Part shown: positions 43,262-53,453 of the stretch, one piece after another | How positions within the stretch are numbered: the first letter of the stretch is position 1 | Layout of the letters: the number at the start of each line of letters is the position of its first letter | Source of the DNA: Dudresnaya verticillata | Lineage: Eukaryota | Reading direction: 5' to 3' | Length of the DNA: 64,000 bases | NCBI GenBank assembly: GCA_977862235.1 | Contig: OZ374563.1 | Coordinates: 434,001 to 498,000, forward strand | The notes under the pieces: generated by a model | What the model saw: the letters and a program-made list of their open reading frames with translations, nothing else | What the model was told of the DNA's origin: nothing | Databases searched by the model: none | Program-made: the position numbers and the translations under genes

Positions 43262-44368
43262 ATGGAGTGGGTATACAACCCTCCTCAAGAAGAGCCAGCC
43301 GTCTTTGAGGCAACTGCACACGCCAAGCCTTTGTCTAATGCTCCTTTCGATCTGTTCTCCCCTGCACCGGCTGTGGAGCCCGCTGATCCACACTCTGAGG
43401 AAGATGAACCAGAATTCTACGGTGACACTGACATGCCAGACCAGAAAGTAGATCCAGAACAGGCATTCAAGCTCTTCGCGCGCCATGTTGACTTTGCCCC
43501 TGCTATCTACGTTGATACCCCTCGGACGAGGGTACTGAAACATGCGGGCCGCCTAGCGGCTGCTGAGACTCGTACTGAACGGCTCAAGAGACTTTCTGCA
43601 GAGGTTGCTGCTCTCTCTGATGAGATTGGTACCGAGGATGGAAAGAGTAGTGACTCTCCTGCGCTGCATGATCTAACTGCATTACGAGAGCAGCTCCGTC
43701 TCATTGAAAGCTCCGCCGCGAAGAATGCGCTACCCCCTCAAGGAGTGCCGCTGCTGCCGCCAAGACTTGCTAGCGAAAACGAGACGGGAAAAGAAGCAGC
43801 GAAGGCTCCAATTTCAACTGCGTCAGTGCGTGCTGGCGACACATTTCTGTCAACACTTGAGCGCCGCGTAGCTGCTCTGGAAGAGTCTGTTGGCATGGCT
43901 CATTACGAACCAGGGCGCAGTGGAAAGGATCTTGGTCCGCTGTTAGAAGATGTACGACTGAGGCTGGAGTTGATATCGGATGCTTCGCTTCCCGAAAAGC
44001 TGAAAGGAGATGCGAGGGAGATTGCGGAAATTCTTCAGAGGCAGGTGCAGAACGATCGAGGCGCCGAAGCCCTGCGTACGGCGACGATACTTGAGAAAAT
44101 GGAACGCTGGGAGACGCTCGCAGAAACTGTCCCGCTCCTTGTGGAGCGGTTACGTGGCTTTCGCCGGTTACAGGACGAGAGCTCCCGTTTCTCCGAGACG
44201 CTTTCTGCAGTTGCCAAGCAGGTGGACATGCTGGTGCAGCGTTCTGGTGCAAACTCCTCGTTGGTAGCTGATGTGCAGCGCAACCTGGAAAAGAATGTGA
44301 AGTCTGTGCAAGAGAACCTGGAAATATTGCAGGAACGTCTGGAATCGACAAGGAGCGCATCTTCATGA
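43262..44368 (+). CDS. DCTN2: Dynactin subunit 2 (p50 dynamitin) homolog
   Basis: Collinear dynamitin hallmarks: EPAVFE, VDPEQAFKLF..DF, ETRTERLKRLSAEVAAL, LERRVAALEESVG and WETLAETVPLLVERL...LEKNVKSVQENLEILQERL. Confidence 0.8.
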   Translation: MEWVYNPPQEEPAVFEATAHAKPLSNAPFDLFSPAPAVEPADPHSEEDEPEFYGDTDMPDQKVDPEQAFKLFARHVDFAPAIYVDTPRTRVLKHAGRLAAAETRTERLKRLSAEVAALSDEIGTEDGKSSDSPALHDLTALREQLRLIESSAAKNALPPQGVPLLPPRLASENETGKEAAKAPISTASVRAGDTFLSTLERRVAALEESVGMAHYEPGRSGKDLGPLLEDVRLRLELISDASLPEKLKGDAREIAEILQRQVQNDRGAEALRTATILEKMERWETLAETVPLLVERLRGFRRLQDESSRFSETLSAVAKQVDMLVQRSGANSSLVADVQRNLEKNVKSVQENLEILQERLESTRSASS

Positions 44369-44390
44369 TTTACAAGTGTTGTCACCGTTC

Positions 44391-45611
44391 TCAGAGCCGA
44401 TTGTTGTCATCGGTGCTTGTTTCCTTCTGCTGTACATCACCTAATCGAGATGGTCGCAACTGGCGAAACCTTCCGCGACAAGCTACACCTGGCTTGACTC
44501 GTGAAAATCCATTTGCAGCAGAGGATGGCCATGGGTTCAGTTCGAGCATTTTCTCAAGATGTTGCATGTCTCCACGTTCTTCCTTCTGAGCATCTTTGGT
44601 ATCGCGAACGTGCTGACCACTGCTGCCAGGGCCACTACAACGGCGAAGCCTCTTTGGACTTTCGGGGACCCGGAAAGGTGCATCCTTGGAACTCCTAGAC
44701 CGCCTCCTCTTTTTCCATGTGCTCTCCTGCAACACTCTAATTACCTTTCGCAAGCGAACCACTACCGATGTTTCCCCTAGTAGATCCAGAAGCAGGCCTG
44801 GTTTGGTCTCCATTGGCAGGCCGGCGCATAACCAGAACGACCAACAGGACGGACATCCATCATCAGGCGGAGGATGTGCAAGCAAGAACTTATCGAGGTC
44901 CAAGCGTGCGAACATTGCAGAAGTTCTAGCCCGCCTAACCAGAACCTGCGGGTCAAGTGCGCGCCAGTGCACATAACTGAGACCGCCCATGTACGCTGAA
45001 GTCCGTCGCCGCTCGAACTCTTGCTCGGTGGCATTTGCGCTGCGTGTCATGACCTTCGAGTGCTTCCGTCGCGCTTCCGGGCGAGGCGCTGTGAACGGAT
45101 ATGCTCTACTCAGTGGCATGTTGAGTGAGACAGGCTCAATGTCGCACACCAGGCGGATCGGAACGCAAGGGTAGATATTGTGCACGTGCGCGGGACCCTG
45201 AAGAATGTACCTTCCCACGACCAATGCTCGGAATCTTGTGAAGTGGGCAAACTGAGTTGTGCTAGGGGCATCCTCGAAATCAAACACTGCGAGTGCGCCA
45301 AAAGGGGAAGTCTCTGATGGGGCTACGGCAAAGGCACGCGTGAGCAGCTCTGCGCGCTCCGTAGGCCATTGCCAGTCGTGCTCCGGTGCGTGTTCTGGAG
45401 CTTGCAACCCGGTGGTTTTCAGTTCCGCGAACAGACGGAGCGCGCTGGCCACGTAGACATCCAGGATGATGTGTTCACCAGGGAAGACAATGCCTTGGGG
45501 ATGTAATCTGAAGAGGCCCGCATGGTACAGCTGGCCTCGCGTGACGTCTGGGGAACAGATGTGTTCAGATTGTGCGTGAAGCTGCTTGTGGCTGCAGCAG
45601 GAGTTGCACAT
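44391..45611 (-). CDS. LON substrate-binding-domain protein, cereblon N-terminal-like, lacking the CULT domain
   Basis: IVFPGEHIILDV, FRALVVGRYIL, WRALDPQVLVRR and WSFWLCAGLPM...LLDLLGETSVVVRLRKVIRVL, followed by a basic disordered tail. Confidence 0.62.
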   Translation of the reverse strand: MCNSCCSHKQLHAQSEHICSPDVTRGQLYHAGLFRLHPQGIVFPGEHIILDVYVASALRLFAELKTTGLQAPEHAPEHDWQWPTERAELLTRAFAVAPSETSPFGALAVFDFEDAPSTTQFAHFTRFRALVVGRYILQGPAHVHNIYPCVPIRLVCDIEPVSLNMPLSRAYPFTAPRPEARRKHSKVMTRSANATEQEFERRRTSAYMGGLSYVHWRALDPQVLVRRARTSAMFARLDLDKFLLAHPPPDDGCPSCWSFWLCAGLPMETKPGLLLDLLGETSVVVRLRKVIRVLQESTWKKRRRSRSSKDAPFRVPESPKRLRRCSGPGSSGQHVRDTKDAQKEERGDMQHLEKMLELNPWPSSAANGFSRVKPGVACRGRFRQLRPSRLGDVQQKETSTDDNNRL

Positions 45612-46166
45612 TGAACTCCTTGCAGGTGAGGGAAGGAATCAAGGCGTGATACACAGGGCTTCCTCCGCTAGCTTGGTCCCGTTGTGGTTGCAACGGTGCC
45701 CGTTTGATGAATCGAAAGAGGGGCATCTGGCGCACGAGTGTGTATTCCTCGTCTTAATTTTTTGACTTGTGTTTGCGTTTGCCGATCTGCTGGCCCATGG
45801 GCAGTTGCCTCCTTTCGCTGCCCTGAAGGTGACTACCGAACTGTCTACATTGCGCAGTTGTGCTGCAATACTGTACTAGTGTCTTCCAGCACTCCATTCC
45901 ACGTTGGACCCCAATCATCACCACCCCATCCCCCAGCTGTGAACTAGAAACTTTTTAGTAGAGACGGATTTCTGCGTCAATGCTTGACGCCAATCTGCTT
46001 GCTGTAACTGTTCTCAGTGTCATAGTATTCACAATAGCCTATCCCAAAGAACCGGGTGCTGTTTTACTCGGCGGTACGAATACAAAGTCGCTGCCGTAAG
46101 TTGTGTTAGATCAGTCAATCAATGGTGCTCGCAATGCTCGAAGGAAAGTAAAGCTTAGATGAAAAG

Positions 46167-47624
46167 TTACGCGAAACGCTCGCCATCCCGTGCAGCCACC
46201 TTTACCCTCGAGTAGCGGCCTGCTCTCTTGCCCGGTTGTGCGTTGTACTCCTTCATCAAATAGTTTGGGTCCGTCTCCAGATTCTCTCTGAACACCTCGA
46301 TTCTCTGTACAATATTCACACAGTCGTCCATGTACTCCGCCGACAACTTAGATGCCATGCTTTCCTCCTCTGCCACGTCATTGTCCATTAGCCGTACAAC
46401 ACCCTTGCGATCGTCGATCGAGGCATTTATCCTTTTGCACCTAATCAACTCCAGTATTACTGCATGCGCCTCTTCCTCGCCTCGGAGCCCAGCCCTAGCT
46501 GCAACGTCTTTCATTTTCATGGTAACGAACGACTTTGTTAAGCGCACGATGACGTGTTTCGACAAGGCTACCACTACCTGCTTCACCAAGCCAAGGTTGC
46601 CTTGCTTTTCAAACAATTCTCTGTTCGACTCAACGATCTGTTGCAGTTGTTTGCAGTCTCTCTTCTCAAATGCGTATGCAAGTTCCATGTATTCCGACGC
46701 TGCTTTTCGCATTCGCGTAGTCTGATGCGAACTAAACTTCAACATTGAAGGGGCCTTGCCTACCACCAAAAGGTGCAGCATGACAAACACCTTGAAGGTA
46801 GAAAGGATAACGTCGTAGATGGAAGCAGGACTTAGTGCAGGTACACATAGCGCCAGACGGCAACACTGTAGGGCCGTTCGGAAGTCCTTGACGCCAATGA
46901 AGACCATGGCCGAGTAGTGGTGGATGAGGTGCACATCAGTGCCAGACAGGGCTGTGGCTTCTACATCAACATTAAGCCTGCGATGCTCGCGAATCCAAGA
47001 CGCAGCAAGCGAGTAGCATCTGGCCTCCAGACAAACAGCGAGAAAATCAGCCTGAATCGGAACAAGAAAATCCGGGGCCGGGGCGGACTTGTTGGCAGCA
47101 TCACGCAGTGGGCGGATGAGCGATAACGCTAGCGGGATGTCATGGCTCTCAATAGCGAGCCTGGCCGCATGGCGACTGACTCCAACCCATCGCACGGGTA
47201 CAGCCTTGACCCATGCGGCAGGGGTCTCCACGACGAGCCTACGATAATCTGCGATGAGATGTGGGACAAGCGGAGATGAGGGCTCGACGGCGGCGAGGCT
47301 GGCGTGCAGCGTGGAGATGTAGGCCAGAAAGTTGTCCGAGTAGTGGAGCTGATCGCGAGCAGCCTGCAGATTGCTGATGTCAGCCGAGTTGATGGACAGG
47401 AAGGTATCGCGGTAGGCGGAGCGAGCGGCAACGCAGGCGGCGCCAAAGTTGGCTGTGTCCTTAAACGAGTGCTGCCGCAGCGTGTTGACGGCCTCGGCAA
47501 ACGAGGGCATGCCGCGGTTCGGGTCCGGGTTGGACGGGGACGCGCGCGACACGGCGGCAGCTGAGGCACTGGCAGGGTGGGCAACCAGCGAGGCTGGACG
47601 GATGTTGGGGTTGTCCGGCTCCAT
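46167..47624 (-). CDS. CSN3: COP9 signalosome subunit 3 (PCI domain)
   Basis: HHYSAMVFIGVKDF, FEKQGNLGLVKQ, IVRLTKSFVTMKMKDVA and INASIDDRKGVV. Confidence 0.88.
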   Translation of the reverse strand: MEPDNPNIRPASLVAHPASASAAAVSRASPSNPDPNRGMPSFAEAVNTLRQHSFKDTANFGAACVAARSAYRDTFLSINSADISNLQAARDQLHYSDNFLAYISTLHASLAAVEPSSPLVPHLIADYRRLVVETPAAWVKAVPVRWVGVSRHAARLAIESHDIPLALSLIRPLRDAANKSAPAPDFLVPIQADFLAVCLEARCYSLAASWIREHRRLNVDVEATALSGTDVHLIHHYSAMVFIGVKDFRTALQCCRLALCVPALSPASIYDVILSTFKVFVMLHLLVVGKAPSMLKFSSHQTTRMRKAASEYMELAYAFEKRDCKQLQQIVESNRELFEKQGNLGLVKQVVVALSKHVIVRLTKSFVTMKMKDVAARAGLRGEEEAHAVILELIRCKRINASIDDRKGVVRLMDNDVAEEESMASKLSAEYMDDCVNIVQRIEVFRENLETDPNYLMKEYNAQPGKRAGRYSRVKVAARDGERFA

Positions 47625-47644
47625 CTGGTGCGGGAGTCAGGCGA

Positions 47645-47666
47645 GGGGGGGGGGGGGGGGGGGGGG
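47645..47666. repeat. G22 homopolymer (poly-C in the CSN3 5' leader)
   Basis: Directly visible run about 20 nt upstream of the CSN3 ATG. Confidence 0.8.
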
Positions 47667-47939
47667 CTGTGGGGCGGGGGCGGGAGTAGCGGGGGGCGGC
47701 AGCAGCGGCGGTATGTGGTGGGCAGGCGGTCAGGGTGTGATCATGGCTCCAGCAGCGATGCAGAGGGCGGAGTCAGTGCGTGAGGTGCCGACGGGCGTGC
47801 GCACGGACGCCCGCAGCGCTGGCGGGAGCGGTGGAGGGGCGCAAGAATCAAGAGTCGTCCTCAGGCGATCAACTCTTCGCGTCGGCTCGCTGATCATACT
47901 GTACCGCACAAATGCGACCATCACACCCACACCCCCGCG

Positions 47940-48009
47940 TTCTGTAATGCGCTCATTACATCAAAAACCGATTCTGTAATGCACTCATTACAGTATGAGA
48001 ATTACAGAA
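47940..48009. promoter_or_regulatory. Tandem palindromic element TGTAATG-N4-CATTACA x2 in the CSN3/SEC63 divergent intergenic region
   Basis: TTCTGTAATGCGCTCATTACA (47940-47960) and TTCTGTAATGCACTCATTACAG (47972-47993), plus a half-site ATTACAGAA (48001-48009). A regulatory role is inferred only. Confidence 0.4.
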
Positions 48010-48373
48010 ATGAATTGACATACTGTAAGCTGTTCAATCTACTTGAACGTACTCCGAAGGTCCTCCGGCGCATGCGTCCCGCGGCGCCTATCGGCGGCAC
48101 AGCTTTGCCGCCAGCAGTGCTCGCCAAAGCGCCATTCTCGCTTCCGCCAGAACTTCTGTCTCGCACCCAACTCACCCCAATTCCCGTCTTCAACACGAAC
48201 TTGTGGGGAGAGCTTGGCTTGCGCACTGCCCGCCTTGTGCCGTAGCCCCCCTCCCCGCCCGCCTATCGCTCCTCGCTCGCTCCCGTCGCCTGGCCCGTGC
48301 ACTGAAACCGCCCCATCTTGCCCAGTTTCAACGCCTCGCCGTACCCGCGTGACCGTGCGTACGCCCTGCCACC

Positions 48374-50479
48374 ATGGGAGGCAAGTACAACACCGGTGGT
48401 GCGAACAAGGATGGCAGCAATATGTTGTACGACGATTCCGCCTTCCAGCTCTTCTTCGCAGCGTTGCTGGCAGTGTACTGGATCCCCACCGCTATATTCC
48501 GCACCTACCGCTTCATCTCCAAGCAACTCCATGTGAAGACCGCACTTGAGGACGCCAAGGACGCCTGGTGCGTCTGCTCCAAATGTCAGCACAACGCTGA
48601 TGCCCACAAGGAGAAGACCCAAGGAGCGAAGGCCTTCGGTTTTGCTGACTTTGTCTTTGTCATCGTCACTGTCCTTCTCGTCTTCATGTCTGTCAAAGTA
48701 TACCGCGCCAATTTGGTAGCGGAACCTCCATTCGACCCCTTCACCATTCTGGGCGTTACGGCTTCCGCCACCCCAAAGGAAATCAAGAAGGCCTATCGCC
48801 GCCTTTCCGTTATTCATCATCCTGACAAGAATCGCAACGACCCCACTGCCGGCGACCGCTTCATCAAGATAACAAAGGCCTTCGCCGCCTTGACTGACGA
48901 AACTGCGAAAGAGAACTATGCAAAGTATGGAAATCCCGACGGTTATCTTGGGACCACCCTTGGTCTGGGTCTCCCGGAATGGGTCGCGGAAAGTCGCAAC
49001 GGCGTTTTGTTCTGTTATTTTGTCTTCATCGTCCTTATCTTCCCACTTATGGTTGGCTTGTGGTGGCGCCGTCGAAGTCAGCAACTTACTAGCGAGATCA
49101 TGACCACCACATTCATGCTCTATCGCGATACATTGCAGCAGACCACCCGTTTCAAGGACTTGCTTGCGGCATTCTGCTCCAGTTACGAATTCAGGGATCT
49201 GTACACTCCGGAAAATGACGAAGCGCTTGCCTCTCTCAATTCTGCACTGCAAAGGGCGTCTAAGAATGACATGAAGAAGACCAAGAGCGTTGTTCAACCT
49301 GAGCAGTTTCAGATTCAAAACTTACTTGTCATGAGGGCTTATGTTGCCCGAATTCCGATTCCAGACAAACTGAAGTATATTGTCGAGGCAATTCTCAGGG
49401 GCTCTGAACCTCTCTTGACCTCAATGACGGACACAGTTGGGGCATTCCAGCGCCCAGATTGCCAAGCCGCTTGGGAGAAGTCTTTCATGCATGGACACAC
49501 TGTGTATCTTGCCACGTGCATAAGCTTGACTCAATGCATCTTCCAGAGACTTGATGAGAAGAGTTCACCTTTCCTGCAAATCCCACATTTCACGGAACGC
49601 GAAGTGAAGTTCTGTACAAGCGCGAAGTCGCCGACAATCCGCACGATTTATGACTTTATGAAGCTTGAGACAGATCAACAAAGAAACATCCTTCGCGGGT
49701 TCTCGGACGACCAGTTTTTGGATGTTAAAGCGTTCTGTGACCGCTTCCCCGTCGCGAAAATTGAGGTCTCAAACGCTGCTGTCGAAGGCGAGGAAGATCC
49801 AACCGTGCATGCTGGGGACACAGTTACAGTCCGAGCCAAGGTAACAATCATGAGAAGGACTGGTTCGGCGTTTTCACCGTGTACACCGGAACTTCCATTC
49901 CGGAAGGAGGAGGCCTGGTGGGTGTGGCTTGCTGACGAGAGGCTCATGGTCCCTATAGAAGTTCGGAGACTTCTTCCGAAGATGGCACGCGGACATGACC
50001 CGAACCGGCGCAAAAGGCGAGGCGGTTGCTGCGGTAGCGACGGGGAGAGTGACGAATGTTATGAGGAAGCGGAAGAAGACGAGCCGATGGTCAAGCTTAC
50101 CTCAGACCCTCGGGTAACGATTTTTGATTTGAAGTTTACTTTCATGGCCCCTCGCGCGGGAGACTACAACCTGGAACTTAAAACAGCTTGCGACTGCTAC
50201 AAAGGAGCTAGCAAGGCGAAGGTTATCAAAATGAAAGTGCAAAAGGCTGTTGAGCCGCCGCCTGAGGACCAAGTTCGATACTTCGATACTGATGACGAAA
50301 GCTCTGAGGAGGGAAGCTCAGAAGAAGAGGAGTCTGATGAGGAGGGAGAGGAAGATACCGATGGGGAGTACGAATACATCGAAGTCACTGACGATGAGTC
50401 GGAGGCGGGCGACTTCGACGATGATGACGATGATCGGTATGGGATTGCAGCGGCGACAACGGGAGACCCAGCCAGCTAG
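48374..50479 (+). CDS. SEC63: ER translocon J-domain protein Sec63/ERdj2
   Basis: YDDSAF..F TM1, J-domain FDPFTILG...HPDKN...AFAALTDE...YGNPDG, GLGLPEW, Sec63/Brl domain (FLQIPHF, PFRKEEAWWV, CDCYKG) and an acidic tail. Confidence 0.94.
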   Translation: MGGKYNTGGANKDGSNMLYDDSAFQLFFAALLAVYWIPTAIFRTYRFISKQLHVKTALEDAKDAWCVCSKCQHNADAHKEKTQGAKAFGFADFVFVIVTVLLVFMSVKVYRANLVAEPPFDPFTILGVTASATPKEIKKAYRRLSVIHHPDKNRNDPTAGDRFIKITKAFAALTDETAKENYAKYGNPDGYLGTTLGLGLPEWVAESRNGVLFCYFVFIVLIFPLMVGLWWRRRSQQLTSEIMTTTFMLYRDTLQQTTRFKDLLAAFCSSYEFRDLYTPENDEALASLNSALQRASKNDMKKTKSVVQPEQFQIQNLLVMRAYVARIPIPDKLKYIVEAILRGSEPLLTSMTDTVGAFQRPDCQAAWEKSFMHGHTVYLATCISLTQCIFQRLDEKSSPFLQIPHFTEREVKFCTSAKSPTIRTIYDFMKLETDQQRNILRGFSDDQFLDVKAFCDRFPVAKIEVSNAAVEGEEDPTVHAGDTVTVRAKVTIMRRTGSAFSPCTPELPFRKEEAWWVWLADERLMVPIEVRRLLPKMARGHDPNRRKRRGGCCGSDGESDECYEEAEEDEPMVKLTSDPRVTIFDLKFTFMAPRAGDYNLELKTACDCYKGASKAKVIKMKVQKAVEPPPEDQVRYFDTDDESSEEGSSEEEESDEEGEEDTDGEYEYIEVTDDESEAGDFDDDDDDRYGIAAATTGDPAS

Positions 50480-51844
50480 GGTAGACGAGTTGTAAGCGAT
50501 GGTGTGAATTGCTGTAGAGGTTGTGAGAAAGGGGACCCGCTGACTAGGTATGTTAACTACTAAAAACATAAGTTGTTGAAGTGTACAATATGGTCTGCAA
50601 AATGTTCGAGAGGCACGTGTTGCTGGGCTCTAGAGCTACGTATCAAATACAGCTCTGCTTGTTTCAGTTCTAGCTTGTTCCGGGACGTCGCGAGCAGGAA
50701 GCATGAGAATTGGAACATGGACAGACAAGGGAAGAGGAGAAAGCCATGGCGCGCAGTCTAGAAACTGGTGGCGGGCAAAAGTCAAAAGGGTTGTGGAGGC
50801 GGACTGGGAGAGGATATCGGGAGAATGGCACAGCGTCGGTGGCCGTGAGTAGCAGGCGCGAGGGAAATACTTGGTCGACCAAGGCCGAGCGGAGGCGGAA
50901 TGGAGTGCACGTACAGGACGGGAGGCGGACGTCGACGGAGTGAATGGCTATGCAGTGCAGGACGGCTGAGATAAAATTTGCAGTTGGGAACGGGTGTCGA
51001 GTCCGTTGGCACGATGGTGTGGTCGAGAGCTCCCGACGGTGAGGCACAAGCGTGCCATTTCTGTGGCGCGCAATGCCGACCGGACACCCGCCCCGCTCTC
51101 ATCGTCGCTGATTTTGGGGGCGATTTGCTGCGCCTTCAACGAATTTCGCGCATTCACATGCTCTCACGCCTATGGCGCCGCCGTTTCGGCCTTCCCGCGC
51201 CCGCGCCGTTCACCGCCTCAGTTGCCTGCCCCGCCGCGTCCCCGCGGGCCGCGTTCGCCGGCCCCCTGCCTCGGCACCCAACGCCCGCCCCTCCCAAAAA
51301 TAATTCGAAAACTCCCTCCGCAGCTAGGGTTCCGCCCGTCGGCCACATGCGCCACGTGGCTTCCACGTTTCGCCTGGTCCGATGACATTTCGGGGCCGCG
51401 ACGGTCCAGGTCTCGGCTCAATCCGCGCAATCCGCCCCATTCGGGTGCAGACCGCTCGCCGCTATTCGCCGGCCCTTCTGCCAGCCTCGACGACTTCTTC
51501 AATGTAAACTGTGCCTGCGTTTTACGCACATAAGACTCGCGCCTGCAGACCGTGCCCTCGCCCCACCTCGCCTGCAGTCTGTGATCTTCGCTGCGGTCCG
51601 CCACAATTCTTCGCCCTTGCCCGTGGCGCCTCTTCGCGCTTTGGGCTTTGAGGCCCCAGGCGTGATCAGCGCCGGAATCTTCGCTGTTGTCCCAGTCTGC
51701 ACTTCTATCGCTACCAATTCCCCTTTGTCCCTAACCGTGATCCGAACTGTTTCCCTCCCCCATCCGTCACCTCTGTCGCCTTTATTCGCCGCCTTTTCGC
51801 TTCTGCTTTCATCAGCGCTTTTCGACGGTTTCGCCTGATTTGCC

Positions 51845-52633
51845 ATGTCGATGAACATGGGGGGCAACGGCGATGGTTTCACGTCTGGCGAATCCATCGA
51901 TTCCGACGGCTCCGAAGACACCACCTGGATTTCCTGGTTTTCGCAATTGAAGGGGAACGAGTTTTTTTGTGAAGTTGAGGAAGAGTTCATTCAGGATGAT
52001 TTCAATCTGACTGGCTTGTCGAACCAAGTCACTTACTACAACTACGCGCTCGACACCATTTTGGATGTCGATATCCCAGAGGGTGAACTGGACGATCGTC
52101 AGCAAGAGATGGTGGAAGTTTCTGCGGAAACCCTTTACGGTCTTATCCATGCACGTTACATTCTCACAGCTCGCGGCATGCACGCCATGCACTCCAAGTA
52201 CACGGAAGGTGCGTTCGGTCGCTGCCCGAGGGTGTACTGCCAGGGCCAGATGGTGCTTCCTGTCGGACTAAGCGACATGCCACGGTGTTCCACTGTCAAA
52301 ATCTTTTGCCCGATGTGCTGGGACTTGTACTTTCCTCGCTCGCGAAGCCACAACGGGCTAGACGGTGCATACTGGGGCACCACCTTCCCTCATATTTTCC
52401 TGCACACTTATCACAACCTTGTTCCGACAAGAAACAAGGAAATCTACGTCCCGAGAATATTCGGCTTCAAAATCCATCCATCAGCGATCCAGGTGCAGCG
52501 AAACCTTACGGGTGGTGAGACAGGGAACAATTCCGAAGACCAGAAGAATGGGAAGAACGAGTCGAGTTCGCGACAACGTAGCAGCAGGAACACCCAAGCG
52601 GCTGGCGCTGTGTCGAAACGAACTAATTCATGA
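51845..52633 (+). CDS. CKB: Casein kinase II regulatory beta subunit
   Basis: [15 protein letters not shown]...[20 protein letters not shown], zinc ribbon CPRVYC...CPMC and [11 protein letters not shown]. Confidence 0.97.
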   Translation: MSMNMGGNGDGFTSGESIDSDGSEDTTWISWFSQLKGNEFFCEVEEEFIQDDFNLTGLSNQVTYYNYALDTILDVDIPEGELDDRQQEMVEVSAETLYGLIHARYILTARGMHAMHSKYTEGAFGRCPRVYCQGQMVLPVGLSDMPRCSTVKIFCPMCWDLYFPRSRSHNGLDGAYWGTTFPHIFLHTYHNLVPTRNKEIYVPRIFGFKIHPSAIQVQRNLTGGETGNNSEDQKNGKNESSSRQRSSRNTQAAGAVSKRTNS

Positions 52634-53286
52634 CAAAGAACGTATTCTGTTGACTCAACAAATTAGCGAAGAGACTGTAGCGGCTTCGGTCAACTTCTGT
52701 AAATGTACATCAAAGCCATACCGAGGCGCTGCAGCGGTCACGACGGGTCGTGCCGTATAACCGTTTAGCTTGTCAGTGGTCGAAGATGGGACGTGCCAGT
52801 ACAGAGGGTTTGAAAGATCGGTTGAGGGATGCCAGAGATCAAAAGAACAGCGCCAGTCTAACTACCACATGATACATAGATGCATCTACGCCGATAGACG
52901 TTGTGTAGTATAACTTTGTGTTTTCATACCGCGTGAAGTGCGTGTTTTCCGGGAGTTCTGTGATCTAATGCTTCACTAAAGACCCTGTATCGTGAACTGC
53001 CTCGCGAGAAGATTGTGCAGTAGTACTAGACCCTATCGACTGTATCTTCACGCCAAATGTGATCTGTAACTAAGTGAAGAGAGCTACATCCGAGGTCATC
53101 GGTGCCTGCGTGAGGCCAGCAAGACCTACTGATCACCAGAAACAACAGCTCTTGGGGCTAGCTCCGGGCGCGCCGGAAGCACTTTGCGAACGATTCCCAG
53201 TCAACGACATTCGAACGCTAAACGCCGGCCCGCAGTGCCTGGGCAGATACCTAATCAACACGATACAGGACTACTCTACTTGGCGG

Positions 53287-53352
53287 AACCCATATGATAC
53301 CGCACGCAAACCCATATGATACCGCACGCAAACCCATATGATACCGCACGCA
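53287..53352. repeat. Perfect 22-bp tandem repeat x3 (AACCCATATGATACCGCACGCA)
   Basis: Copies at 53287-53308, 53309-53330 and 53331-53352, about 100 nt downstream of the RPL36a stop. Confidence 0.92.
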
Positions 53353-53453
53353 GAGGCCCAGCAGCACAATACAGACGACAAAAGCGTCGGATCAGGAGGT
53401 AGCGCCCCAGACGCCAACCCAGTCAGCACTTTACAGCAAGAAAAAGAAAAGCA

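Noticed and set aside
48263..49318. 351-aa antisense ORF over SEC63
   Set aside because: Codon-aligned antisense mirror of a conserved gene, with no independent features.
4731..50479. Apparent clustering of trafficking genes (TBC1D23-like, NT-C2, RAB3GAP2, DCTN2, SEC63)
   Set aside because: They are interspersed with unrelated housekeeping genes, and this category is large enough for chance co-occurrence.
53287..53352. Direct repeats as a possible CRISPR array
   Set aside because: No spacers, no cas genes and a eukaryotic context; it is a simple tandem repeat.
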